Shown: positions 36,508 to 46,068, numbered from the stretch's first letter. The stretch: DNA of 64,000 nt from Eubacteriales bacterium (GCA_045542075.1 JAZQKI010000047.1:10559-74558), one strand, 5' to 3'. Notes: generated by a model not told the origin, from the sequence alone. Numbers and translations are program-made.

Positions 36508-38109
36508 TTAAAATTGGTTATAGATAAATCCGGACGCGTCATAGCCGATTCCATACGAGCCGAAGATGATTATCACCACTGTAAGCACCGCAAGGCAAGC
36601 AAACGTCAATGCGGGTCTTTCGGCTATTTTGTGGCGCAGGGATACACCCTCTGCCCGCTGATATTTGCTGATTATACAAACGGAAATTATCGCCAATGCG
36701 ACCACGATATATTCTTTAATTCCCACACCGAGATCAAGAACTCCGCCAGAGAAAAACTCGCCCCAGCTTGAAAAGTCATAAAACATACTGCCAACGCATC
36801 TGAACGTCAGCGGCACGTCTCGGTAGCAGTCGAGTATTCGGATAAGTCCCATCAAGAAGAATGTTCTTCCGCGGCAGAAAAGCGTGTAGACGTAATTTCC
36901 GTCAAGGCTTGGGAATTTGTTGTGAAATTTCGCATAAAGCGGCTGAAGCTCCTGCGAGATGAGAATGACCGCGCAGTTAAGAAGTCCCCACACGATAAAG
37001 TTCCAGCTCGCTCCGTGCCACAGACCCGTTGTAAACCACGTCACAATGGTCGCAAGATACACGGGTATTCTTTTTCCGAGGGCATTTCCAAGCTTTGCCC
37101 TGCTCCACTTTGAGAGCTTTTGCATAGGCTTGCAGATGGAGAGTGGGTAGAATATGTAGTCCTGGAACCACGTACCCATAGTGATATGCCAACGTCTCCA
37201 ATATTCCTTTGTGGAGGTTGCGGAGAATGGGTGGTCGAAGTTTTCCTTTATTTTGATTCCCAGCATCTCGCCAATGCCAATGGTTATGTCAATACCGCCC
37301 GTAAAGTCCGCATATATCTGCGCGGAATACGCGAGTATAAGAAACAAAACGTACACGCCGTTATACCTCTCGGGCGAGGACATAATGCTCTTTATGGCTA
37401 TCATTACGGTGTCTGCGATAACAAGCTTTTTGAAAAAGCCGTATGCGATGCGCAACATTGCGGGGGCGATATTGTCCCATTTTGCCGAATGACCGCAGTA
37501 TAACTGGTCAGACAGGTCACTGTGTCGCGAGATAGGTCCTTGGACAAGCTGTGGGAAAAAGGATACGAAAAGCAAAAATCTCGCTATATTTTTCTCGTGT
37601 GTTGTCTTCCCTCTGTAAACGTCGATAAGGTATCCCATTGTCTGAAAGGTATAAAAGGATATACCCATAGGAAGAATCAGGCTTGGAACCGTAAGTGATG
37701 TATCCTCGGAGAAAATATGAATTATTGAATTGATATTATTTACGGTAAAGCCCGTGTATTTGAGCACGGCAAGAATGCCGAAATTAAGGACAAGACCGAC
37801 AATAAGGATATAAAATCTCTTTTTCTTCTGCCGCGCCTTATACGCCTTGCGGGCGTCCTTGTCCATTTTCTCCTTGTTCTGCTCTATATAGCTCTTTTCC
37901 GCTATCATATTGCGGTTCATAATAAGACTTATCACCCACGATGATATCGCGGTGAAAAGAATATACGGCAGATACCACTTGCCCGCGCAGAAATAGAAAA
38001 ACAGGCTTGCGGCAAGAAGGAGCTTCCATTGATGCTTTTTGGGGAACAAATAGTACAAAAGAACCGTTATGACCAAAAAGCAGATAAATCCAACCGATGT
38101 GAACGACAT
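36508..38109 (-). CDS. MBOAT family O-acyltransferase (DltB/AlgI-like)
   Basis: Polytopic, with the MBOAT signature YWRRWHITMGTWFQDYIFYPL (catalytic His). 533 aa. Confidence 0.85.
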   Translation of the reverse strand: MSFTSVGFICFLVITVLLYYLFPKKHQWKLLLAASLFFYFCAGKWYLPYILFTAISSWVISLIMNRNMIAEKSYIEQNKEKMDKDARKAYKARQKKKRFYILIVGLVLNFGILAVLKYTGFTVNNINSIIHIFSEDTSLTVPSLILPMGISFYTFQTMGYLIDVYRGKTTHEKNIARFLLFVSFFPQLVQGPISRHSDLSDQLYCGHSAKWDNIAPAMLRIAYGFFKKLVIADTVMIAIKSIMSSPERYNGVYVLFLILAYSAQIYADFTGGIDITIGIGEMLGIKIKENFDHPFSATSTKEYWRRWHITMGTWFQDYIFYPLSICKPMQKLSKWSRAKLGNALGKRIPVYLATIVTWFTTGLWHGASWNFIVWGLLNCAVILISQELQPLYAKFHNKFPSLDGNYVYTLFCRGRTFFLMGLIRILDCYRDVPLTFRCVGSMFYDFSSWGEFFSGGVLDLGVGIKEYIVVALAIISVCIISKYQRAEGVSLRHKIAERPALTFACLAVLTVVIIIFGSYGIGYDASGFIYNQF

Positions 38110-38128
38110 TTATTGTTTTCCTTTGGAA

Positions 38129-38356
38129 TTATTCTTCGTCAAGTCTTTCGATAAGAGCGTAGAGCGCCTCTGCGGAGTTGAAGTTTTCGGGAATGATCTC
38201 CTCAGCGGGAATGGACACATCAAACTTGTCGTTTATCTCTGTAATAAGTGTCACGATGTCAAGAGAATCAAGTATTCCGTTGTCAACAAGACCTTCCTCT
38301 GTCTCAAAGTCAATATCGGGGTGAAGGTCGGAGAGTATATCTATAAGCTTATCCAT
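38129..38356 (-). CDS. acyl/peptidyl carrier protein (DltC-like)
   Basis: 75 aa, phosphopantetheine-site-like GILDSLD. AAAGGTGG lies 8 nt upstream of ATG 38356. Codon 1 of the ORF track is GTG. Confidence 0.8.
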   Translation of the reverse strand: MDKLIDILSDLHPDIDFETEEGLVDNGILDSLDIVTLITEINDKFDVSIPAEEIIPENFNSAEALYALIERLDEE

Positions 38357-38438
38357 TGTTTTTACCACCTTTTTCTAATCTGTAAAATGAGATCTTTCGA
38401 CTCGCCGCAAGCGGCTCGCTCAAGATGACCTCATAAAT

Positions 38439-39959
38439 TCATATGTTCAATGCCTTTGCCTGCTCCCTCATTCCCTTGCGGTCAAGCTTGCCGTTGGGGG
38501 TGAGAGGCATTTTGTCAAGTCTTATACATTTTGCGGGAAGCATATATCTGGGGAGCAGTCCTCTCATATATTTTAGGACGTCTGCCTCCTCCATATCTCC
38601 CGTGTAAAACATTACAATTTTTTTGTTTTCATCGTCATAAACACAGCAGGTCTGACGCAGACTCTCGCAGGTCAGTGACGCCGCCTCTATCTCTCCAAGC
38701 TCGATACGGTGTCCCATATGCTTTATCTGTGAGTCCTTGCGGGATACGAACACAAGCTCGCCATAAGAATTATATCTGCCGAGGTCTCCCGTTCTGTAAA
38801 CAAGCTCGGGATAAGCAGAATTTATGGGATTCTGAAGAAATGCCTCGTCGGTCTTTTCCTTGTTGTTGTAGTACCCAAGCGTCACGCAGGTGCCGCGAAT
38901 GTATATTTCGCCGACCTCTCCGTCAGCTACCTGTTTTTTGTCCTCGCCGATAAGCAATATTTCTGTATTGCGGAAGGGTCTGCCCACAGGTATGGGCTCG
39001 CCTGCCTCAAGCTCCCGATCTGCCTTCCAATAGCATGACATTCCCGTCGCCTCGGTAGGACCGTAGAGGTTGAAAAACTCGGCATCGGGATACGCCTCTC
39101 TCCACTTATAATACTGCGCGAGCGGAAAGACCTCACTGCCAAAGCATATTTTTGTAAGATACTTAGGCTGATTTTTCTCAAGCGCGCCGAGCGAGGATAT
39201 CATAACGAGAGCCGACACTACCCAGCACACAGTGTTTATTTTATGCTCGTTGAGATAATCGCAAAGCTTCATTGGGAACATAAACAGCTGCTTTGGTACA
39301 AAATACGTCGTCGCGCCGAATTTGAGCGTGGGCATTATCTCCTTCAGCGGAGCGTCGAAATATAGAGGTGTCTGGTTAGCAAACACGGTATCCTCGCCAA
39401 AGCCCACCGCCTCGCAAAGCGTTTCGGTATAGTCAATGACCGAGCGGTGACACGCGCAAACTCCCTTGGGAATTCCTGTTGAGCCAGATGTGAACACTAT
39501 ATATATGGGATCGGTATCGAGCTGACGCGAGCGGATCCTTGAAAGTGCCGCCGCGTCCACGGCAAAATCCTTTATATCGTCGTACAGCACCTTTTCAAAG
39601 CTATCAGGCAGACTCTCAGCTCTCTTGGCGTTTTTTCTGTCGTATATGACTACGCGCGGCTTTATGCTCTCAAATATAAGCTCCGCTCTGCGCGTAGGCA
39701 TCTCCGAATCGAGACACACGTAAAAGCATCCCGCATATATAGCGCCCATAAAAGCGGCTATAGCGCTCGGGTGCTTGTTCATAAGCACCACGACAGGCTC
39801 TCTGTAATATCCCTTGCACGCAAGGAAGCTGCCTATTGACCTTGAGCTTGACAAAAGCTCGGAAAAGCTCATATAGTCCACACCATACGAAAACGCAGTC
39901 TTATTTGGCACTCTCGGTGCCGTGGCTTCAAGATATTCAAGAATATTAGTATAGTACAT
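38439..39959 (-). CDS. AMP-forming adenylating enzyme (DltA-like carrier-protein ligase)
   Basis: FTSGSTGIPKG, YGPTE, YRTGD, GRKDSQIKHMGHRIELGEIE, PNGKLDRK. GGAG lies 7 nt upstream of ATG 39959. Confidence 0.85.
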   Translation of the reverse strand: MYYTNILEYLEATAPRVPNKTAFSYGVDYMSFSELLSSSRSIGSFLACKGYYREPVVVLMNKHPSAIAAFMGAIYAGCFYVCLDSEMPTRRAELIFESIKPRVVIYDRKNAKRAESLPDSFEKVLYDDIKDFAVDAAALSRIRSRQLDTDPIYIVFTSGSTGIPKGVCACHRSVIDYTETLCEAVGFGEDTVFANQTPLYFDAPLKEIMPTLKFGATTYFVPKQLFMFPMKLCDYLNEHKINTVCWVVSALVMISSLGALEKNQPKYLTKICFGSEVFPLAQYYKWREAYPDAEFFNLYGPTEATGMSCYWKADRELEAGEPIPVGRPFRNTEILLIGEDKKQVADGEVGEIYIRGTCVTLGYYNNKEKTDEAFLQNPINSAYPELVYRTGDLGRYNSYGELVFVSRKDSQIKHMGHRIELGEIEAASLTCESLRQTCCVYDDENKKIVMFYTGDMEEADVLKYMRGLLPRYMLPAKCIRLDKMPLTPNGKLDRKGMREQAKALNI

Positions 39960-39970
39960 AATTTTCTCCG

Positions 39971-40912
39971 TCAATCTATGGGTGTTATTATCGCAGTTTG
40001 AATTTTTGGGAGCTTTGAGGAGTCATAATAGTAAAAATAGTAGTCCTCGTCATTTCCCTTGGTATCTCCGCGATGCTTATTGTATTCCTCAAGCTGCGCG
40101 TCGGTCATAAGACAGCCCATGTGATACTTATCAGGGCTTAGTCTCGTGCAGTCAAAATGATACCATCTTGGGCTACTCGCGTCTCCAATGTTGACAACAC
40201 TCCAGAAATGCGTGCCCGAGGTTTTGCCCGCCTTTCTCTGCACTGTCTCGTTATCAATTCCGTAGTATTCAAGGAATGCCTTTGCCACGGAATAGTAGGT
40301 AAAGCAATCTCCCTTTCCGTCGCGGAGTCCGTAATAAGCCGCCTGCATCCAGCTTGATTTGTCGGAATAATCATAATACTCGATCTCTGCGCGGACATAC
40401 GAGTATATTTTACGGCACTTCTCCTCGGACGTCATGCCGTCCTTTATTATCTTTTTTGCTATAGGCGCGATCACCTCTTTGAGCTTGTCCCACGTAACCC
40501 TCTCAGCATAAACGCGCACAACGACTACCTGCGTGCTTTTGTTTCCCTTTTTGTCGGTGGCGGTCACTGTTGCATAGTAGTCACCCTCTATATCGGTGTT
40601 TACCTTTGAAGAGTCGGTTTTCACGTCTATTTTGGATGCTCCCGTTATATTGTCCGTTACATCGAGCTGGGACCTGAAGGATATTCCCTCCCCGACGTAT
40701 GCAACAATATAGTCGTTATCATCCTTTATTCTTATAGTGGGCGCAGTCCTGTCACCAACTCCGAAAACACCGAAGATAATAGTGGACAAAAACAGCACAG
40801 CCAAAAGCACAGACAGTCCCAAAATGATAAATCTGGTCACCCGTATGTGCTTTTCTCTGTTGATATTCAAATGTATTTTTATATTATGCTTTTTGCTTAT
40901 ATTCAAGATCAT
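39971..40912 (-). CDS. membrane-anchored Ig-like + transglutaminase-like (Cys-His-Asp) protein
   Basis: TM helix, Ig-like repeat (GDYYATVTATDKKGNKSTQVVVVRV), then GKGDCFTYYSV / GTHFWSVV / WYHFD, matching a transglutaminase-core triad. Confidence 0.75.
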   Translation of the reverse strand: MILNISKKHNIKIHLNINREKHIRVTRFIILGLSVLLAVLFLSTIIFGVFGVGDRTAPTIRIKDDNDYIVAYVGEGISFRSQLDVTDNITGASKIDVKTDSSKVNTDIEGDYYATVTATDKKGNKSTQVVVVRVYAERVTWDKLKEVIAPIAKKIIKDGMTSEEKCRKIYSYVRAEIEYYDYSDKSSWMQAAYYGLRDGKGDCFTYYSVAKAFLEYYGIDNETVQRKAGKTSGTHFWSVVNIGDASSPRWYHFDCTRLSPDKYHMGCLMTDAQLEEYNKHRGDTKGNDEDYYFYYYDSSKLPKIQTAIITPID

Positions 40913-41045
40913 TGGAACAGCATCCTTAAGGTAATATTATAAAATTATTATACCACTATAATTACCGAAAGTCAACAAATAAGGATATAAATTACACCGC
41001 ATTTTAACAAAAATAAAAAATTTTTAAGAAAAATAAAAAAACCTC

Positions 41046-41074
41046 TTGACATATATAAAAAAGAGTGTTATAAT
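41046..41074 (+). promoter_or_regulatory. sigma-A promoter of ylxM-ffh-rpsP operon
   Basis: TTGACA-17 nt-TATAAT, preceded by a long A-tract. Confidence 0.7.
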
Positions 41075-41119
41075 CTGTAAAGTAATTTGCTTTACACCAC
41101 AAAAGAGGTGGATTTTTTT

Positions 41120-41452
41120 ATGTTTGAAAAGGATCTTCGCATCTCATTTCTTCTGGACTTCTACGGCGACGTGCTGACTGAAAGAAAAAGAGACGCTCTC
41201 GAATTTTATTATAACGATGATATGTCCCTCTCCGAGATAGCCGAGGAAATGAGTATTTCCCGTCAGGGCGCGAGAGACATAATAAAAAAAGCCGAGGAGG
41301 AGCTTTTCTTTTACGAGGAAAAGCTTGGGCTTGCCAAAAAGTTCCGCGACGCTCAGGGACACGCTTCCCGCGCGCTTGAGCTTTGCGAGCGCGAGGGGGT
41401 TCCCGAGAGCATTCGGGACGAGATCAAAAAGCTTCTTGAAAGCGTGGGTTAA
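41120..41452 (+). CDS. ylxM: YlxM/p13-like DNA-binding protein (UPF0122)
   Basis: Sigma-70 region-4-like HTH (MSLSEIAEEMSISRQGARDIIKKA), position upstream of ffh, RBS AAAGAGGTGG. Confidence 0.85.
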   Translation: MFEKDLRISFLLDFYGDVLTERKRDALEFYYNDDMSLSEIAEEMSISRQGARDIIKKAEEELFFYEEKLGLAKKFRDAQGHASRALELCEREGVPESIRDEIKKLLESVG

Positions 41453-41490
41453 AAGCAGTTATCACAAAAACTTGAAGGAGGAAAACATAA

Positions 41491-42840
41491 ATGTCAATGT
41501 TTGGAAGCTTAAGTGAAAAGCTTGAAAATGCCTTCAAAAAATTCAAAAACAAGGGAAAACTCACGGAAGCCGACGTCAAGGCGGGAATGCGAGAGATAAA
41601 GCTTGCGCTTCTCGAGGCGGACGTTAACTTCAAGGTGGTTCGCGATTTTATAAAAACGGTATCCGAAAGAGCTGTCGGAGTTGAGGTGCTTGAATCCCTC
41701 AATCCCGGTCAGCAGGTCATCAAGATAGTTTGCGAGGAGCTGACGACCCTTATGGGCGGGGCTCACGTAAAGCTTGAGATATCCTCAAAGCCGCCCACGG
41801 TGGTAATGATGGTAGGTCTTCAGGGCGCAGGTAAGACCACACACGCGGGAAAGCTTGCGGGGCTTTACAAAAAGCAAGGCAAAAATCCCCTGCTCGTAGC
41901 CTGCGATATTTACCGTCCCGCCGCTATAAAGCAGCTTGAGGTGGTCGGAGAAAAGCTTTCTATTCCCGTTTTCCAGATGGGTGACAAGGTCTCCCCTGTA
42001 AAGATCGCGCAGGAAGGTATTAAATTCGCAAATCAAAAGGGGTACGATATGGTGTTTATCGACACCGCGGGCCGACTCCAGATAGATGAGCTTCTTATGA
42101 AGGAGCTGACTGATATCAAGGAGGCTGTTCACCCCACCGAAATACTTTTGACGGTTGACGCCATGATCGGTCAGGAATCAGTAAACGTTGCCGAGACCTT
42201 CAATGAGCTTCTCGACATCACGGGCGTAATTCTCACAAAGCTTGACGGTGATACCCGAGGCGGTGCGGCACTCTCTATCCGCTACGTTACGGGCAAACCC
42301 ATAAAGTACGTTGGTATGGGAGAAAAGCTTGATGCTATCGAGCCCTTCCACCCCGACAGAATGGCGCGCAGAATTCTTGGAATGGGCGACGTTCTAACGC
42401 TTATCGATAAGGCACAGGCACAGTTTGACGAGAAGAAGGCGGCTGAGCTTGAGCAAAAGCTCCGTCAGTCAATATTCACGCTTGACGACTATCTTGACCA
42501 GATGCAGCAGCTCAAGGGCATGGGAAGTCTCGATCAGATAGCCGCTATGATGCCGGGTATGAAGCCCGGGGCGCTGAAGGATGCCAAGGTTGATGAAAAG
42601 ATGCTTGCTCATCAGGAGGCTATCATTAAGTCAATGACAAAAAAAGAGCGTGAGCATCCCGAGATACTCAACGCATCAAGAAAAATCAGAGTCGCTAAAG
42701 GAAGCGGCACCACTGTTGAGGAGGTCAACAAGCTCCTCAAGCAGTATGATCAGATCAAGAAAATGATGAAGCAGTTTTCCGATATGGGCAAGTCCCGTCA
42801 AGGCAAAAAGGCTTTGGGTAAGATGAAGCTTACCTTTTAA
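41491..42840 (+). CDS. ffh: signal recognition particle protein Ffh
   Basis: GLQGAGKTT, DTAGR, TKLDGD, Met-rich M domain. Confidence 0.97.
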   Translation: MSMFGSLSEKLENAFKKFKNKGKLTEADVKAGMREIKLALLEADVNFKVVRDFIKTVSERAVGVEVLESLNPGQQVIKIVCEELTTLMGGAHVKLEISSKPPTVVMMVGLQGAGKTTHAGKLAGLYKKQGKNPLLVACDIYRPAAIKQLEVVGEKLSIPVFQMGDKVSPVKIAQEGIKFANQKGYDMVFIDTAGRLQIDELLMKELTDIKEAVHPTEILLTVDAMIGQESVNVAETFNELLDITGVILTKLDGDTRGGAALSIRYVTGKPIKYVGMGEKLDAIEPFHPDRMARRILGMGDVLTLIDKAQAQFDEKKAAELEQKLRQSIFTLDDYLDQMQQLKGMGSLDQIAAMMPGMKPGALKDAKVDEKMLAHQEAIIKSMTKKEREHPEILNASRKIRVAKGSGTTVEEVNKLLKQYDQIKKMMKQFSDMGKSRQGKKALGKMKLTF

Positions 42841-42931
42841 TTTATAAAAGATTCATAAAAATTTGCTATTAACGCTATATGCGTAATGGATATAAAAAAC
42901 ATTTTTATTTATAATTTTGGAGGACAAAAAA

Positions 42932-43174
42932 ATGGTAAAGATCAGATTGAGAAGAATGGGTATGAAGAAGGCTCCTTTCTACAGGGTAGTTGTTGCTGAC
43001 AGCCGTTACCCCAGAGACGGCCGTTTCATCGAGGAGATCGGCTACTACAACCCCGCAACAAATCCTGCTGAGGTTAAGATCGACGCAGAAAAGGCTACAG
43101 AGTGGCTCAAGAAGGGTGCTCAGCCCACAGACACTGTTAAGTCTCTTCTTAAGAAGTCCGGTATCGTTGACTAA
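42932..43174 (+). CDS. rpsP: 30S ribosomal protein S16
   Basis: [10 protein letters not shown]...[19 protein letters not shown]. Confidence 0.95.
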   Translation: MVKIRLRRMGMKKAPFYRVVVADSRYPRDGRFIEEIGYYNPATNPAEVKIDAEKATEWLKKGAQPTDTVKSLLKKSGIVD

Positions 43175-43257
43175 TTTAGGAGTACTGTACACACAACACT
43201 GCGGATTTTCTTTGAAATCCCCACAAAAATAACTGCTTAAGCAGCATGGAGAATTTT

Positions 43258-43494
43258 ATGGTAGACTTGAAAGAAACATTACGCAATATTGCAGCTGCTA
43301 TAGTTGACAATCCTGACGAAGTTGTAGTTATCTGCAACGAAACTGAGACTTCGATTAACCTTACTCTTAGCGTTGCTCCCGACGATATGGGAATGGTCAT
43401 CGGTAAGGGAGGCCGTATCGCAAAGGCGATCAGAACGGTTATTAAGGCAGCGTCTGTAAACTGTGGCAAGAGAGTTAACGTTGATATAAGATAA
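43258..43494 (+). CDS. KH-domain RNA-binding protein (YlqC-like)
   Basis: GxxG KH loop (VIGKGGRIAKAIR) and position after rpsP. GGAG lies 6 nt upstream of ATG 43258. Confidence 0.85.
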   Translation: MVDLKETLRNIAAAIVDNPDEVVVICNETETSINLTLSVAPDDMGMVIGKGGRIAKAIRTVIKAASVNCGKRVNVDIR

Positions 43495-43512
43495 TTCTAT
43501 GTCAATATTGCC

Positions 43513-43548
43513 AAAAAATGCGTACGTTTGACACGTACGCATTTTTTT
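43513..43548. terminator. bidirectional terminator (KH gene / DUF2974 gene)
   Basis: AAAAA-ATGCGTACG-TTTGACA-CGTACGCAT-TTTTTT. Confidence 0.85.
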
Positions 43549-44647
43549 ATTTTGCTGTTGTTTTGACCTTAATATCGAGAAGCTGCGCCGCAAGCATATT
43601 CAAAAGAGCCTTTTGCTCCTTGTCAAGCTGACGGACTCCCTTTGCTGCCATAGATGCCTTTGTGAATTTATCCTCGGTAAAATCAAGCAGAGTCTTAGCT
43701 CCCGTCTGCTCTATAATGCTGAAGAACATATCCACGACCTCGCCTCTTTTATCAATGGGAACGCTCATTATACGGCTCTCAAAGATCTGGTTGTGCTTCT
43801 CTCCCATCGTGGAAAGATTTTTGAGAGAGACCACTCCCGCTCCTCTGACCTGCCATGAGAAGCAATCGTGCTGGTACAGTCCCTTTTGGGAGCTTTTAAT
43901 TATGGTAGTGGTACCGTGGCTCTCAAACATCTGACCGAACAGCGATGACGGAGGAATATAATTTCTTATCTTACTCTCAACAAGTGAAAGTCTTTGCTTA
44001 TCGATAACACCCGATAAAAAGCCCGGACCGTCGTTGTTAAAAATATATACTATCCTGTCCTTGATCTCATCATCACAGTATATAGCCGAATATTTTGCCA
44101 GATTTCCTCCCTTTGAGTGTCCGCCTACGTATATTTGCTTGTCGGGATATTTACGCGCTACCTTCTCAAGATATTCGGCGGCACGCTCCTGCGCGGGAAT
44201 TTTATTAAGATAGGAAAGCTTGCAATCCTCCTTCCAACCCACAAGAGTATCATCTGTACCTCTGAAACAGACAAACATCTCTCCGTCTGTCAGATGGTAC
44301 GTCACCGCGCAGAACTGCATCTCGCTCTTGTAGTCAATTTCATTGACAAAATCAGATATTTCAACCGTTGAAAATCTTTTGCTTCTACCCATAAGCTCAA
44401 ATATTTTCCTGATATTCTGAGCCGGCATAAGCACACCGAGATGCAGATTCTTGTCACTCGTGGTTTTGCAAAACTCCCTTGCGGCTACTGCAATACTGAA
44501 CTTTATACGGGGATTGTAATTGGTAAATATCCTGTCAAAATCAATATACGTGATCATAGACAAAATAAAATTGTCTACTGCGTTAAATTTGTTGATCGGA
44601 AAGGTAAGGTCTCCTCTCCATATCATATAATCTATTAAATTCGACAT
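43547..44647 (-). CDS. alpha/beta-hydrolase-like protein (DUF2974 / Mbeg1-like)
   Basis: Nucleophile-elbow-like YVGGHSKGGNLA. 366 aa. Confidence 0.75.
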   Translation of the reverse strand: MSNLIDYMIWRGDLTFPINKFNAVDNFILSMITYIDFDRIFTNYNPRIKFSIAVAAREFCKTTSDKNLHLGVLMPAQNIRKIFELMGRSKRFSTVEISDFVNEIDYKSEMQFCAVTYHLTDGEMFVCFRGTDDTLVGWKEDCKLSYLNKIPAQERAAEYLEKVARKYPDKQIYVGGHSKGGNLAKYSAIYCDDEIKDRIVYIFNNDGPGFLSGVIDKQRLSLVESKIRNYIPPSSLFGQMFESHGTTTIIKSSQKGLYQHDCFSWQVRGAGVVSLKNLSTMGEKHNQIFESRIMSVPIDKRGEVVDMFFSIIEQTGAKTLLDFTEDKFTKASMAAKGVRQLDKEQKALLNMLAAQLLDIKVKTTAK

Positions 44648-44709
44648 GCTATCTCCCCTTCCTTTGCTGTTTTACTTATGTTTTACTTGATTTTATTAAG
44701 CAGATGTTA

Positions 44710-46068
44710 TTAAATGAGATATCCGCAAGCCGTGATCGCCTGAACTACAATATCTATACATTCTTTGCAGATCTGCTCGTCAGATGCCTCTGCCATTACT
44801 CTGACAAGCGGCTCCGTTCCCGACTCTCGGACAAGCATTCTGCCGTTTCCGCAAAGTCTCTCCTCTGCCTTCTTTATAGCCTCAAGCACAATAGGCGCAC
44901 CCATTACCGTTTTCTTATCTGTGACTCGGACGTTTTCAAGCACCTGCGGATAAATAACAACGGGTTCGCCAAGCTTTGAAAGAGGAAGCTTTTTCTCAAG
45001 CATTACCTCCATCATTTTGAGTGACGTCAATATTCCGTCGCCTGTGGACGCAAACTGTCTGAATATAATATGTCCCGACTGCTCGCCGCCGATGCAGAGA
45101 TTGTGACTAACCATATAGTCGTTTACGTTCTTATCTCCTACCGCAGTCTTCGCATAATTTATTCCTCGCTCGTCAAGTGCCTTGAAAAGTCCGCAGTTTG
45201 ACATAACTGTTGCAACCACAGTATTATTGACAAGCTCTCCGCGCTCCTTAAGGTAGCTTGCGTAAATATAGAGTATTTTGTCCCCGTCAATAATATTTCC
45301 CTTTTCGTCAACACAAAGGCATCTGTCCGCGTCTCCGTCAAAGGCAAATCCCACATCAAGATTATTGTCAAGCACGTACTTGCGAAGTCCCTCAATATGA
45401 GTGCTTCCTGCATCCTTGTTTATATTGATACCGTCAGGCTCGGCGTTGATAACGTAGACCTTAGCACCAAGAGTCTCAAATACGGATTTTGCAATCATCC
45501 ACGCGCTTCCGTTTGCGCAGTCAAGACCAACCTTAAGTCCTCTGAAGGAGTGGTTGCAAAGCGAGATAAGATGTCCTACGTACTTATTTCTTCCCGCAAT
45601 ATAGTCAACGGTGCGTCCAATATTTTCCCTTGTAGCGTAAGGAACCTCTCCTCTTATTCCGTCAAGATAGTCCTCTATCTGCGAGATGACCTCGTCCTCC
45701 ATCTTCTCGCCGTTGGAATTGATAAGCTTTATTCCGTTATCGTAATAAGGATTGTGGCTTGCGGATATCATTATTCCGCAGTCGAATTTGTCGCGCGTGA
45801 CGGTATATGCGACAGACGGAGTTGTGGTAACGTGCAAAAGGTACGCGTCTGCACCCGCCGAGGTAATGCCTGACGAGAGCGCATACTCGAACATATACGA
45901 CGAGCGTCTGGTATCCTTACCGATAACTATACGCGCGCACTCTCCTCGCTCTTTTGCCTGCTCTCCGTAATACCAACCGAGAAATTTGCCTATCTTAAAG
46001 GCGTGGATTGCAGTCAGATTTACATTTGCCTCTCCTCTGAATCCGTCCGTTCCAAAATATCTTCCCAT
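44710..46068 (-). CDS. glmM: phosphoglucosamine mutase
   Basis: MGRYFGTDGFRG, phosphoserine loop ISASHNPYYDNG, FDGDADR, GGEQSGH. Confidence 0.95.
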   Translation of the reverse strand: MGRYFGTDGFRGEANVNLTAIHAFKIGKFLGWYYGEQAKERGECARIVIGKDTRRSSYMFEYALSSGITSAGADAYLLHVTTTPSVAYTVTRDKFDCGIMISASHNPYYDNGIKLINSNGEKMEDEVISQIEDYLDGIRGEVPYATRENIGRTVDYIAGRNKYVGHLISLCNHSFRGLKVGLDCANGSAWMIAKSVFETLGAKVYVINAEPDGININKDAGSTHIEGLRKYVLDNNLDVGFAFDGDADRCLCVDEKGNIIDGDKILYIYASYLKERGELVNNTVVATVMSNCGLFKALDERGINYAKTAVGDKNVNDYMVSHNLCIGGEQSGHIIFRQFASTGDGILTSLKMMEVMLEKKLPLSKLGEPVVIYPQVLENVRVTDKKTVMGAPIVLEAIKKAEERLCGNGRMLVRESGTEPLVRVMAEASDEQICKECIDIVVQAITACGYLI

